Origin: Patescibacteria group bacterium
GTDB lineage: Bacteria; Patescibacteriota; Gracilibacteria; JAHISY01
DNA: 61,605 bases
Assembly: GCA_043797545.1 (NCBI GenBank)
Contig: JAZDPN010000064.1
Location: 1 to 61,605, forward strand
Reading direction: 5' to 3'
Shown: positions 50,030 through 58,018 of the stretch, one piece after another
Layout: each line of letters starts with the position of its first letter
Position numbering within the stretch: position 1 is the stretch's first letter
The notes under the pieces: model-generated
Database searches by the model: none
What the model saw: the letters and a program-made list of their open reading frames with translations, nothing else
What the model was told of the DNA's origin: nothing
Made by a program: the position numbers and the translations under genes

Positions 50030-52675
50030 CAAAATTTTGAGACGCTCCTCAATCTTCGCAATCTTTTCTTCGACGGCTTGCAATTTCGCTCGCTCAGCAT
50101 CGACGACATTCTTCGGGGCGCGTTCGGTAAAATCTTTGTTCGCCAATTTTTTCTGAATCACGCCGAGGTAAATTTGCGCTTCTTTCAGGTCGGCATTCAA
50201 GCGTTTTTTCTCGACTTTCGGATCGAGCAATTTGTCGAGCGGCAGATAAATTTCCAAATCCGCTTCGATTTTCGCGACTGCGTTTTCGACTTTTTTGCCA
50301 GACTTTTTGACTGTGAGCGAATTGAGTCGTGCGAGTTTTTTGATTTCGTTCGATTGCTTTTTGAGGAATGATTCGAACTTACCAGCGTGGACGATCGCGG
50401 CGATTTTGCGTCCCGGCTCGACGGACATTTCGGCTCGCACTGAGCGAATCGCAGAAATAATCGCAATCACAATTTTCATTTCTTCTTCCATCCTCAGATT
50501 GATTCGGCCTTTGCTCGGTTTCGGATATTTCTCAAGCGCGAGCAATTTTGGCTTTTTCGAATTCGGGAAAAAGTTCTCCCAAATTTTCTCCGTCGCGAAC
50601 GGAATGAATGGATGCGCGAGTCGGAGAATTTGCGCCAAAACATGGCCGAGCAATTTTTTGTTCGGCGCTTCTTTGGTCAGCTCGAGATACCAATCGCAAA
50701 AATCCGACCAAACAAATTCTTGAATTTTGGCGGCCGCCTCGGCAAACGCGTATTTGTCGAAAGCCTGATTCGTCTCGAGAATCAGCCTGTTCAATTTGGA
50801 AAGAATCCAGCGATCGGGCAAACCGCGCGGCGTTGGATTCGCGGGCATCTCGGGTTTTTTGCCGAGCACGCCGAAAACATAACGCGACGCATTCCAAAGT
50901 TTATTGACGAAATTGCGCTGACCGGTGACTTTCGTTTCGGAGAATTTGAGGTCTGTGCCGGGCGTCGAGCCGACGACGAGCGAAAGTCGCAACGCGTCCG
51001 TGCCGTATTTTTCGATCATCGCGAGCGGATCGATGCCGTTATTCAAAGATTTCGACATTTTGCGACCCTGCTCATCGCGCACGAGTCCGTGCAGATAAAC
51101 TGTTTTGAATGGAACTTTACCAGTGAATTCGAGGCCAAGCATGACCATCCGCGCGACCCAGAAAAAGAGAATATCGTAGCCAGTCTCGAGGATCGTATTC
51201 GGATAAAAAGTACGAAAATCTTTCGTCGATTTCGGCCAACCGAGCGTCGCGAAAGGCCACAGTCCGCTCGAAAACCAAGTGTCGAGAACATCCGCGTCGC
51301 GAACGAGACTGAGATTGCCGCAAGTCGGACATTTTTTCGGCTCTTTTTCGGAAACAATCACGCGCTGGCAACCTTCCTTTTTCTTACTTTTTTTGTCCGC
51401 AAATTCGGGTACTTTTTTGCAATACCAGACCGGCAATTGATGTCCCCACCACAGCTGGCGGGAAACGCACCAGTCCCGAATCTCGTCCAACCAGCGAACA
51501 AATTCTTTTTCGAAACGCGCCGGGACAAATTCGATTTGCTTCTTTTTGACTGCTTTCAAAGCCTTTTCCGCAAGCGGCTGCATTTTGACAAACCACTGCA
51601 TCGATTCGAGCGGTTCGATCGTCGCGTCGCAGCGCGAGCAGTGCCCGACCGAGTGCGCGTGTTTTTCAATTTTTTCGAGATTACCGATATCGTCAAGATA
51701 TTTGATCACGGCTTTGCGTGCTTCATTCAAAGGCATGCCAACGAAACGCCGGCCAGCGTGCTTCGTCATTTTTCCCTGCGGGCCGATCACGACGATCGAC
51801 GGCAATTTGTGATCGCGGCCGATTTCCGCGTCGAGCGGATCGTGCGCCGGCGTGATTTTCACCGCGCCAGTGCCAAATTTCGGATCAACTCGAGAATCGG
51901 CGATGACTTTAATTTCGCGATTCACGATCGGGAGTATCAAAGTTTTGCCAATGAAATCGTGGTATCGTCGGTCGTCCGGATGCACCGCGACTGCGACATC
52001 ACCGAGCATCGTCTCCGGTCGAGTCGTCGCGACACAAATCGAGCGGTCAGTCGCGGACACAAAGTAGCGAATGAAATATAAATTGCCTTCTTCTTCGCGG
52101 TGCTCGACTTCGATGTCGGAGAGAACGGTTTTGCAGCGCGGGCACCAATTCACGAGTCTTTTATCGCGGTAAATCAGTTTCTTTTTGTAAAGCTCGACAA
52201 AAGCTTTGGTCACGGCGGCGGAGCGCTCGTCGTCGAGCGTAAAAGCTTCGCGTTCCCAATCACAGCTCGCGCCCATTTTGCGAATTTGCTCGGAAATCCT
52301 GGCGTGATATTTGTCTTTCCACTGCCAAACTTTTTTGACAAATTCCTCCCGGCCTAGCTGATCACGAGTCAGACCTTTTTCGAATAATCTTTTTTCGACA
52401 ACATTTTGCGTCGCGATGCCAGCGTGATCCGTCCCCGGCAGCCAAAGCACATCGTGTCCGGTCATTCGCGAATGGCGCGCGATGATGTCCTCGATCGTCA
52501 AAGTAATCGCGTGTCCGAGATGCAGCGCGCCAGTCACATTCGCCGGCGGCATCATCATCGTGAAAACTTTTTTCTTGGCTTTACCGACAGCTTTACCAAG
52601 ATTTTGACTGGCCCATTTTTGCGCAATCTCGTTTTCGACTTCTTTCGGAATGTACGCTTTCGCGATTTCGTCCAT
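50024..52675 (-). CDS. valS: valyl-tRNA synthetase
   Basis: PPANVTGALHLGHA (HIGH), KMSKSLNN (KMSKS), CP1 editing domain and C-terminal coiled coil. The ATG at M18 of the ORF is supported by CGCTAAAAT 7 nt upstream. Confidence 0.95.
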   Translation of the reverse strand: MDEIAKAYIPKEVENEIAQKWASQNLGKAVGKAKKKVFTMMMPPANVTGALHLGHAITLTIEDIIARHSRMTGHDVLWLPGTDHAGIATQNVVEKRLFEKGLTRDQLGREEFVKKVWQWKDKYHARISEQIRKMGASCDWEREAFTLDDERSAAVTKAFVELYKKKLIYRDKRLVNWCPRCKTVLSDIEVEHREEEGNLYFIRYFVSATDRSICVATTRPETMLGDVAVAVHPDDRRYHDFIGKTLILPIVNREIKVIADSRVDPKFGTGAVKITPAHDPLDAEIGRDHKLPSIVVIGPQGKMTKHAGRRFVGMPLNEARKAVIKYLDDIGNLEKIEKHAHSVGHCSRCDATIEPLESMQWFVKMQPLAEKALKAVKKKQIEFVPARFEKEFVRWLDEIRDWCVSRQLWWGHQLPVWYCKKVPEFADKKSKKKEGCQRVIVSEKEPKKCPTCGNLSLVRDADVLDTWFSSGLWPFATLGWPKSTKDFRTFYPNTILETGYDILFFWVARMVMLGLEFTGKVPFKTVYLHGLVRDEQGRKMSKSLNNGIDPLAMIEKYGTDALRLSLVVGSTPGTDLKFSETKVTGQRNFVNKLWNASRYVFGVLGKKPEMPANPTPRGLPDRWILSKLNRLILETNQAFDKYAFAEAAAKIQEFVWSDFCDWYLELTKEAPNKKLLGHVLAQILRLAHPFIPFATEKIWENFFPNSKKPKLLALEKYPKPSKGRINLRMEEEMKIVIAIISAIRSVRAEMSVEPGRKIAAIVHAGKFESFLKKQSNEIKKLARLNSLTVKKSGKKVENAVAKIEADLEIYLPLDKLLDPKVEKKRLNADLKEAQIYLGVIQKKLANKDFTERAPKNVVDAERAKLQAVEEKIAKIEERLKILK

Positions 52676-52682
52676 CTTGTCG

Positions 52683-52691
52683 ATTTTAGCG
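52683..52691 (-). promoter_or_regulatory. -10 element (CGCTAAAAT) 7 nt before the valS ATG (leaderless geometry)
   Basis: Minus strand reads TCGCTAAAAT-CGACAAG-ATG. Confidence 0.55.
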
Positions 52692-52829
52692 AAATTTTGG
52701 CCGCCAGTTAAATTTATAGTGAACAAAAAATTTGTATCGTGGCTTTTTCAAGCTGAAAAGTCTGAATAACTGCAAAATTTACAAATATTATTTTTATGGC
52801 AAAAACAGCGAATCCGGTCGAGCGAGAAC

Positions 52830-52838
52830 TGCTAAAAT
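52830..52838 (+). promoter_or_regulatory. extended -10 (TGCTAAAAT) 7 nt before the TTG at 52846 (leaderless geometry)
   Basis: CTGCTAAAAT-CAGCTTA-TTG. Confidence 0.5.
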
Positions 52839-52845
52839 CAGCTTA

Positions 52846-53802
52846 TTGAATCCCAAATTTTCGATCGGTCTCGTTTTATTTGAAACGAAATTTTTGGAGC
52901 AAGCGCTCCCCTCGCTCTTCGCACAAAAATTTGAGTCAGTCGAATTTCTAATCCGCGATCACTCGTCCGATTTCGTCGCAAGTAAATTGATCGAAAAAAA
53001 TTTTCCGGAAATTGCGAAAAAAGCACAGATTTTTCGCGGAGAAAATCTCTGGCATTCGGGCGGAATGAATTTTTTGATCGGAAAATCCCGGGGTGAATTT
53101 TTCGTCGCGGCGTCGACCGATATACTTTACGAGCCGAATTTTTTGAAAAAAGCGGCGAAAATTTTGCACGATCCAGCGAACAAAAAAGTCGGCGTGCTCG
53201 GCGGAAAATTGAAAAAATGGAATGCAGAGAAAAACGCGCGACTCGAAATCCTCGACTCCGCTGGGATCGGCGCGACCCGCGCGGGGCGTTTTTTCGAAAT
53301 CGGCGGTGGACAAAATTCGCGGAAATTTTCCACGGAAAAAATCGTGTTCGGGATTTCCGCAGCGCTCGCGATTTATCGGCGCGCCGCACTAGAAGAAGTC
53401 GCCGTCGACGGGAAATTTTTCGACGAAAAATTACATTTCAAAAATGATGTCGACCTCGCGTTTCGCTTGAATTGGCTCGGCTGGTCGGCGAAATTTTCGC
53501 CAGAGATCGTGGCGTGGCACGCGCGCGGACTCGGTGATGCGAAGTCGCGCCGAAACCGCTCTGCGTTCGAACGCAAAAATTCTATGTTCGGACAATTCGT
53601 CGTGATCGCAAAAAATTGGGACGAAAACTTTTCGCTCCGCACAAAAATTGCTACGAAAATTCGGCAGCTCGCGCTCCGGATTTTTGCATTTTTCGCCGAA
53701 CCCGAAAAAAACGGAATTCGAAAATTTGACGCAATTCAGGGAGAATTGAAACCAACACCGCGCAAAATCTCAGCCGCGGAAGTTGAAAAACTTTTTACAT
53801 AA
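52846..53802 (+). CDS. family 2 glycosyltransferase
   Basis: FSIGLVLFETKFLEQALPSLFAQKF..VEFLIRDHSSD is a GT-A N-terminus, with a DxD-like STD. TTG start chosen from the promoter geometry. The track ORF is open from 52732. Confidence 0.75.
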   Translation: MNPKFSIGLVLFETKFLEQALPSLFAQKFESVEFLIRDHSSDFVASKLIEKNFPEIAKKAQIFRGENLWHSGGMNFLIGKSRGEFFVAASTDILYEPNFLKKAAKILHDPANKKVGVLGGKLKKWNAEKNARLEILDSAGIGATRAGRFFEIGGGQNSRKFSTEKIVFGISAALAIYRRAALEEVAVDGKFFDEKLHFKNDVDLAFRLNWLGWSAKFSPEIVAWHARGLGDAKSRRNRSAFERKNSMFGQFVVIAKNWDENFSLRTKIATKIRQLALRIFAFFAEPEKNGIRKFDAIQGELKPTPRKISAAEVEKLFT

Positions 53803-53868
53803 AGTAAAAAATAAATTTCGAAGTTAACCCCCGAGATATCTCGGTGGTTAACGGACTAATCATCAACC

Positions 53869-54684
53869 GTGAAGCTATCTATCATCATTCTCGACTTCGA
53901 AAAATCGACGCGCGTACTCGCAAATGTCGCCGCGCTTTTGGCACAAAAAACAGATTTTGATTTTGAAATCATCGTCGCGGTAAACGCTGCAAATGAAGCC
54001 AAAAAAGCGAAATTCGCTGGACTTGTGAATGAACCGAAAATCAAATTTATTTTCAACGCGGAGAATCTCGGCTACCCGCGCGGAATCAATTCCGCGGTGC
54101 AAAAATCGAGCGGTGAAATTCTCGCGATCGTGAATCCGGATTTGATTTGTCCCGACGAAAATTCGCTCGCGAAACTCGTCGCGAAGATCGAGTCAGACGC
54201 GAAAATCGGGGTGCTCGCACCGCGACAAATTCGTGAAACGGACGGCCAAACCGAAATGACCGCGCGTGCTTTCCCGCAGCTTTTGAATCAAATTGCGCGG
54301 CGAACTTGGCTGCGCAAAATTCCCGGAATCCGTGAGCGCGTCGCACATGATGAAATGCAACATCTCGATCTGGCGCGCGAACAACAGGTCGACTGGTTGC
54401 AGTCGAGCTTTTGGATTGTGCGAAGAAATTTTTGGGACGAGCTCGGCGGACTCGACGAACGCTTTTTTCTTTTTATGTCCGATCCGGATTTTTGTCGCCG
54501 CGTCTGGGATGCTGGAAAAATAGTGCTTTTTTGGCCTGAAGTCATCGTCCGCGCGGACGGACTGCGCGCAAGCGCGGGCGGATTTTTGGCGTTTTTCAAA
54601 AAGTGGACGCTGCGTCAACATCTCCGCGACGCGCTGAAATATTTTGGGAAATGGCGCGGAAAGAAAAATCCACGCGATCAGTAA
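53869..54684 (+). CDS. family 2 glycosyltransferase
   Basis: LSIIILDFEKS...EIIVAVNAANE...GYPRGINSAVQKSSGEILAIVNPDL is a GT-A fold. GTG start. Confidence 0.8.
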   Translation: MKLSIIILDFEKSTRVLANVAALLAQKTDFDFEIIVAVNAANEAKKAKFAGLVNEPKIKFIFNAENLGYPRGINSAVQKSSGEILAIVNPDLICPDENSLAKLVAKIESDAKIGVLAPRQIRETDGQTEMTARAFPQLLNQIARRTWLRKIPGIRERVAHDEMQHLDLAREQQVDWLQSSFWIVRRNFWDELGGLDERFFLFMSDPDFCRRVWDAGKIVLFWPEVIVRADGLRASAGGFLAFFKKWTLRQHLRDALKYFGKWRGKKNPRDQ

Positions 54685-57035
54685 AACTCGGGCAGAAGTT
54701 TCGCCGGGTGAATTTCGGGAATTTTCTCGAGCGTCGGCAGATCGCTGATCTTGATTTTGCCCAAATATAGTTTTTTGAGATCGCCGCCGTCCGCGACAAA
54801 TTTTTGGATTTTTTGCAGCCCGGAAAAATAAATCGCGTCTTTCGTGAAGCCGCCCGGTCCGGCAGTCGCAGTCAAACCGCGTTTCACTTTCACCGCAGTT
54901 TTCCACGCGCGCTCGTCGTCGAAACCGTATTTTTTGACCAGCGCGAAAATTTGGGAAAAAGATTTTTCGGCGGCAGCAGCGACCGCGAGACAGCTCGCGA
55001 TCGGCCAGAATTCTTTTTCATGCGCGGACTGTAAAACTTTATTTTGGTTGAAAATCGCGAGTCCTTCTTCGATCTCGAGATAATTCCCCGTTCCCCGCGC
55101 GAAGATTTCGTACTTTTGCGCGCGACCGTTTTCCGTGCGGAGAATGTGCGTCTCGACCTCGTGCGCGATCGTCGCGCGCAGTCGCTCGGGCGACCACTTC
55201 GCGCCGGCACGCACGAAAAGTGTCCCCGATTTTCCAGCAAGCGCGTCGGAGACGAGATCAGTTTTCAAAACAACTTTCCAATTTTTGAGACCATATTTGG
55301 CAAAAGTTTTTTGGAATTCTTCCGCAGCGGATTTCGCGTCGAGATCGATTTTTTCGGCCGAAAATTTTTTCGGTTTCGCAGCCAAAAGTTTCTCTGCTGT
55401 CGCAATAATTTCCGGACTCGGGAAACCGTAAAGTTGGCGCGATTTCTCGGCAAAATCCGGCTTGCCGATTGATTCGAGCAGCTCGATTTTGCGCCGCATT
55501 TCCAATTTTTTGCCGCGGAAAAGTGCACCGAGCGGCGACTCTGGAATTTCGATCGCGGCGAGCTCAGCAAGTAATTTTTGCGGATCGAAGGTTAATTTTT
55601 TGTAATGAAAAACTGGATCATAATTTTTGAGCGCGGAAAACTTTTTCTTTTCGGCCAGCAGATTGATCGGCTTGAGAAAATGCAAAAGCCGAATTTTTTT
55701 GTCGAGCACGACGAGCTTCCGATCAAGCACGGCGAAATCGACCGGCCGTGCGGTCGGCTTTTTTTCTTTCGGCAAAATCGGTTCCTCTTTCGCGACCGGG
55801 TTGATAAGGAAATTGCTGAGGTCGCGCCGCCCGAGAATGATTTTGTAATTCGCGTCCGACAAATCGGTTTTTTCGGCGACAGTCGTGAGTCGCTCGTCCG
55901 CGAGGATGATTTTGAGATGGACATTTTTCGAATTTTTTTCGACCGGCGCGAGCTGCAATTTTTCGGCGAGCTCGGCGTCAATCGCGGTCGTCGCGTGCGT
56001 CGGATCGAGCTCGACTTTCACCCGGTGGATCGTATTATCTTTGAGCAAAATCTCGGCCGGTTCGATGAAATCAACAACTGTTTTTTTCGGATATTTTTTC
56101 TTTTTCTGCGTTTTGCCGAAAAGCTCTTTGCCGAGTTTTACGCCTTTTTCCGGCGAATCGACTTTGAGTCCGCGAACTCTTTCTAATCTTTTTTTGAGCG
56201 GCGCGAGATTCGCGATCTGGACCATCAAACCCGCGCGCGCATTCACTTCGAGTAATAATGGTCCGTCTTTTTGATCGACAACAAGATCCGCTGCAAGATA
56301 GCCGAGGTTCGTGTGCAACTGCGCCGCGCTCGCGATTTTGAGAATTTCGTCGAAGTCCGGAATGAGATGTCCAGCGGTCGGAATCCCGCCCGGCAGCTCG
56401 TCGAGCAATTGATTGAAACGGACGGCGTGCGTAGTTTTGCCCGAAGCGAGATCGATCCCGAGTCCGATCCCGCCGAGATGGACATTCGCTTTCCCGCCCG
56501 ACTCGGGCGTCGGCACACGCAACATCGCCATCACCGGAATGAGATTGTGAACGATGACGCGCACGTCCGGCAAACCTTCGACTGCGAGTCCGGAAATGAA
56601 TTCGATCGAATCGACGCGACTTTCGAAAAACGCAATGTCGGGCAAACTCGCGATCGAAAATTCGCCGTCGAGAATGTCTTCGATGTGCTCGCGCAACTCC
56701 GCCTCGGTCAATTTCCCACCGCCGACTTTTTGCCAGACGCCGTCAAGAATTTTTTCCTTCACGACGACAATTCCCTCCCCGCCAAATCCGGCATTCGGTT
56801 TCAAAACGAACGAATCGGGCAAAATTTCAAAATCGAACCTGTCGAATTCTTCGCGATTGCGAATCGTGGCAATCAGCCTAGGGACGGGCACGCCGCGGGT
56901 CGAGAGAAATTGTTTGGTCGACAATTTTGAGTCAGCCATTTTGATCGCCTTTTTACGATTAAAAGGCCGCAAATATTCCAAATTGCGGGAATTAATCCCG
57001 AGGATCCCGTGATTTTTGAAAAACGGAAAAACCAT
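54678..57035 (-). CDS. fusion protein: RimK-type ATP-grasp ligase + DUF785/RimB-like domain + DUF1704 (MATCAP-like, HExxxH) domain
   Basis: aa 1-295: GILGINSRNLEYL, KPNAGFGGEGI, LLEVNARAG. aa ~320-435: ...YKIILGRRDLSNFLINP. aa ~450-785: IAHEVETHILRTENG, EIEEGLAIFNQ, LYLGKI. The start overlaps the leuD stop (TAATG). Confidence 0.85.
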   Translation of the reverse strand: MVFPFFKNHGILGINSRNLEYLRPFNRKKAIKMADSKLSTKQFLSTRGVPVPRLIATIRNREEFDRFDFEILPDSFVLKPNAGFGGEGIVVVKEKILDGVWQKVGGGKLTEAELREHIEDILDGEFSIASLPDIAFFESRVDSIEFISGLAVEGLPDVRVIVHNLIPVMAMLRVPTPESGGKANVHLGGIGLGIDLASGKTTHAVRFNQLLDELPGGIPTAGHLIPDFDEILKIASAAQLHTNLGYLAADLVVDQKDGPLLLEVNARAGLMVQIANLAPLKKRLERVRGLKVDSPEKGVKLGKELFGKTQKKKKYPKKTVVDFIEPAEILLKDNTIHRVKVELDPTHATTAIDAELAEKLQLAPVEKNSKNVHLKIILADERLTTVAEKTDLSDANYKIILGRRDLSNFLINPVAKEEPILPKEKKPTARPVDFAVLDRKLVVLDKKIRLLHFLKPINLLAEKKKFSALKNYDPVFHYKKLTFDPQKLLAELAAIEIPESPLGALFRGKKLEMRRKIELLESIGKPDFAEKSRQLYGFPSPEIIATAEKLLAAKPKKFSAEKIDLDAKSAAEEFQKTFAKYGLKNWKVVLKTDLVSDALAGKSGTLFVRAGAKWSPERLRATIAHEVETHILRTENGRAQKYEIFARGTGNYLEIEEGLAIFNQNKVLQSAHEKEFWPIASCLAVAAAAEKSFSQIFALVKKYGFDDERAWKTAVKVKRGLTATAGPGGFTKDAIYFSGLQKIQKFVADGGDLKKLYLGKIKISDLPTLEKIPEIHPAKLLPEFY

Positions 57036-57514
57036 TAAATTTGATTCAAAAGACCACCCGCCAAAACAATTTTTTGCAAAAATTCTGGCAACGGCTCAAG
57101 CGCAAATTCAGTTTTTTGGGTCAAATTTTTAATTTTCGAATTGGTTAAATCAATCTCGATCGCGTCATTTTCGGCAAATTTTGCGGTCGCGTTTTCGAGG
57201 ACGAAAGTCGGCAAACCAAAATTGACCGAGTTGCGGAAAAAAATCCGCGCGAACGAATCAGCTACAACGGCACGGACACCCGCACCGACGAGCGCCCAAA
57301 CTGCGTGCTCGCGGGAACTTCCGCAACCGAAATTTTGACCCGCAATCACAATCGGATTTTGGGCCGATTTTAATTTTTCTCCCCCAATCGCCTCGAGAGC
57401 ATGAGCCGCCAATTCGGTCTGATCTGAGCTGGTCAGATAGCAAGCCGGAATAATCAAGTCGGTATCGATATCGTCCCGGGCAAAAATTTGCGCCGAGCCA
57501 GAGATGTTTTTCAT
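57035..57514 (-). CDS. leuD: 3-isopropylmalate dehydratase small subunit (archaeal-type LeuD, 159 aa)
   Basis: DDIDTDLIIPACYL, IVIAGQNFGCGSSREHAVWAL, ADSFARIFFRNSVNFGLP. No leuC is adjacent. Confidence 0.88.
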   Translation of the reverse strand: MKNISGSAQIFARDDIDTDLIIPACYLTSSDQTELAAHALEAIGGEKLKSAQNPIVIAGQNFGCGSSREHAVWALVGAGVRAVVADSFARIFFRNSVNFGLPTFVLENATAKFAENDAIEIDLTNSKIKNLTQKTEFALEPLPEFLQKIVLAGGLLNQI

Positions 57515-57520
57515 AAGGGC

Positions 57521-57529
57521 ATTTTAGCA
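57521..57529 (-). promoter_or_regulatory. extended -10 (TGCTAAAAT) 6 nt before the leuD ATG (leaderless geometry)
   Basis: Minus strand reads TTTGCTAAAAT-GCCCTT-ATG. Confidence 0.55.
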
Positions 57530-57548
57530 AAAAGCTTGAATAATTGAT

Positions 57549-57577
57549 TTGCTCGGCTGAAAAAAGTCATTTAAAAT
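57549..57577 (+). promoter_or_regulatory. promoter TTGCTC-N17-TAAAAT for small membrane gene, leu leader and leuA
   Basis: Hexamers with 17-nt spacing, 23 nt upstream of the ATG at 57601. Confidence 0.5.
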
Positions 57578-57600
57578 TCAGACACTTTAATCCCCTCAAA

Positions 57601-57849
57601 ATGAGCACTCCATTTAAAGTCATGAAGGCGGTATACGTTTACCTTTCCGCGTTCGTTGGACTTCTCGTCGTCGCAGCTGGGCTTTATAGCATGCTTGAAT
57701 ATCTCTTAAGCATTCTTTTCATTGATTCAGCTTTTGACGCGATTTATGTGATTACTCCTATCACTCGTATTGTTGTCGGTCTCTTCATCATGGTTCCACA
57801 CTGGGCAATCGGTCACCACTTCCACACTCTCGAATCGAAAAAAAGATAA
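57601..57849 (+). CDS. small 2-TM membrane protein (82 aa)
   Basis: MSTPFKVMKAVYVYLSAFVGLLVVAAGLY... has two hydrophobic helices. ATG at M20 of the track ORF. Confidence 0.55.
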   Translation: MSTPFKVMKAVYVYLSAFVGLLVVAAGLYSMLEYLLSILFIDSAFDAIYVITPITRIVVGLFIMVPHWAIGHHFHTLESKKR

Positions 57850-57851
57850 AG

Positions 57852-57902
57852 ATGATGATTACGAAAAATCTCCTTCTCGAGCTCCTTCTCCTCACCCGCT
57901 GA
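57852..57902 (+). promoter_or_regulatory. Leu-rich leader peptide ORF (MMITKNLLLELLLLTR*) of a putative leu attenuator
   Basis: 16 codons, 7 of them Leu (CTC x5, CTT x2). Begins 2 nt after the upstream stop and lies 117 nt upstream of leuA. Confidence 0.6.
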
Positions 57903-57927
57903 GAGGCTCGATTTTGCAAATAAATTG

Positions 57928-57961
57928 AAGCCTCTCGCAACTGGGAGGCTTTTTATTTTTT
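57928..57961 (+). terminator. intrinsic terminator / attenuator hairpin upstream of leuA
   Basis: AAGCCTCTC-GCAACT-GGGAGGCTT forms a 9-bp stem followed by TTTTATTTTTT. Its 5' arm can instead pair with GAGAGGCT (57901-57908), which overlaps the leader stop codon. Confidence 0.7.
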
Positions 57962-57990
57962 CAACCGAGACAGATTAAAATAAAACCAAA

Positions 57991-58018
57991 TTTACTTCTT
58001 AATCCTTACCCCTTCCTA
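57991..58018 (+). repeat. four heptads TTTACTT-CTTAATC-CTTACCC-CTTCCTA ending at the leuA ATG
   Basis: Same family as 44225-44294. G-free. Confidence 0.65.

Noticed and set aside
50612-52081. 489-aa plus-strand ORF, with the overlapping 50295..50723 and 52100..52711 ORFs
   Set aside because: These are antisense to valS, whose HIGH/KMSKS motifs are unambiguous. The translations are R/F-rich with no domain signature.
52676-52731. T-box or riboswitch leaders upstream of valS, aspS, metF or the folate transporter
   Set aside because: The available untranslated space is 0-25 nt (promoter -10 elements lie 6-21 nt from the starts), which is too short for any such element. Only leuA has a structured leader.
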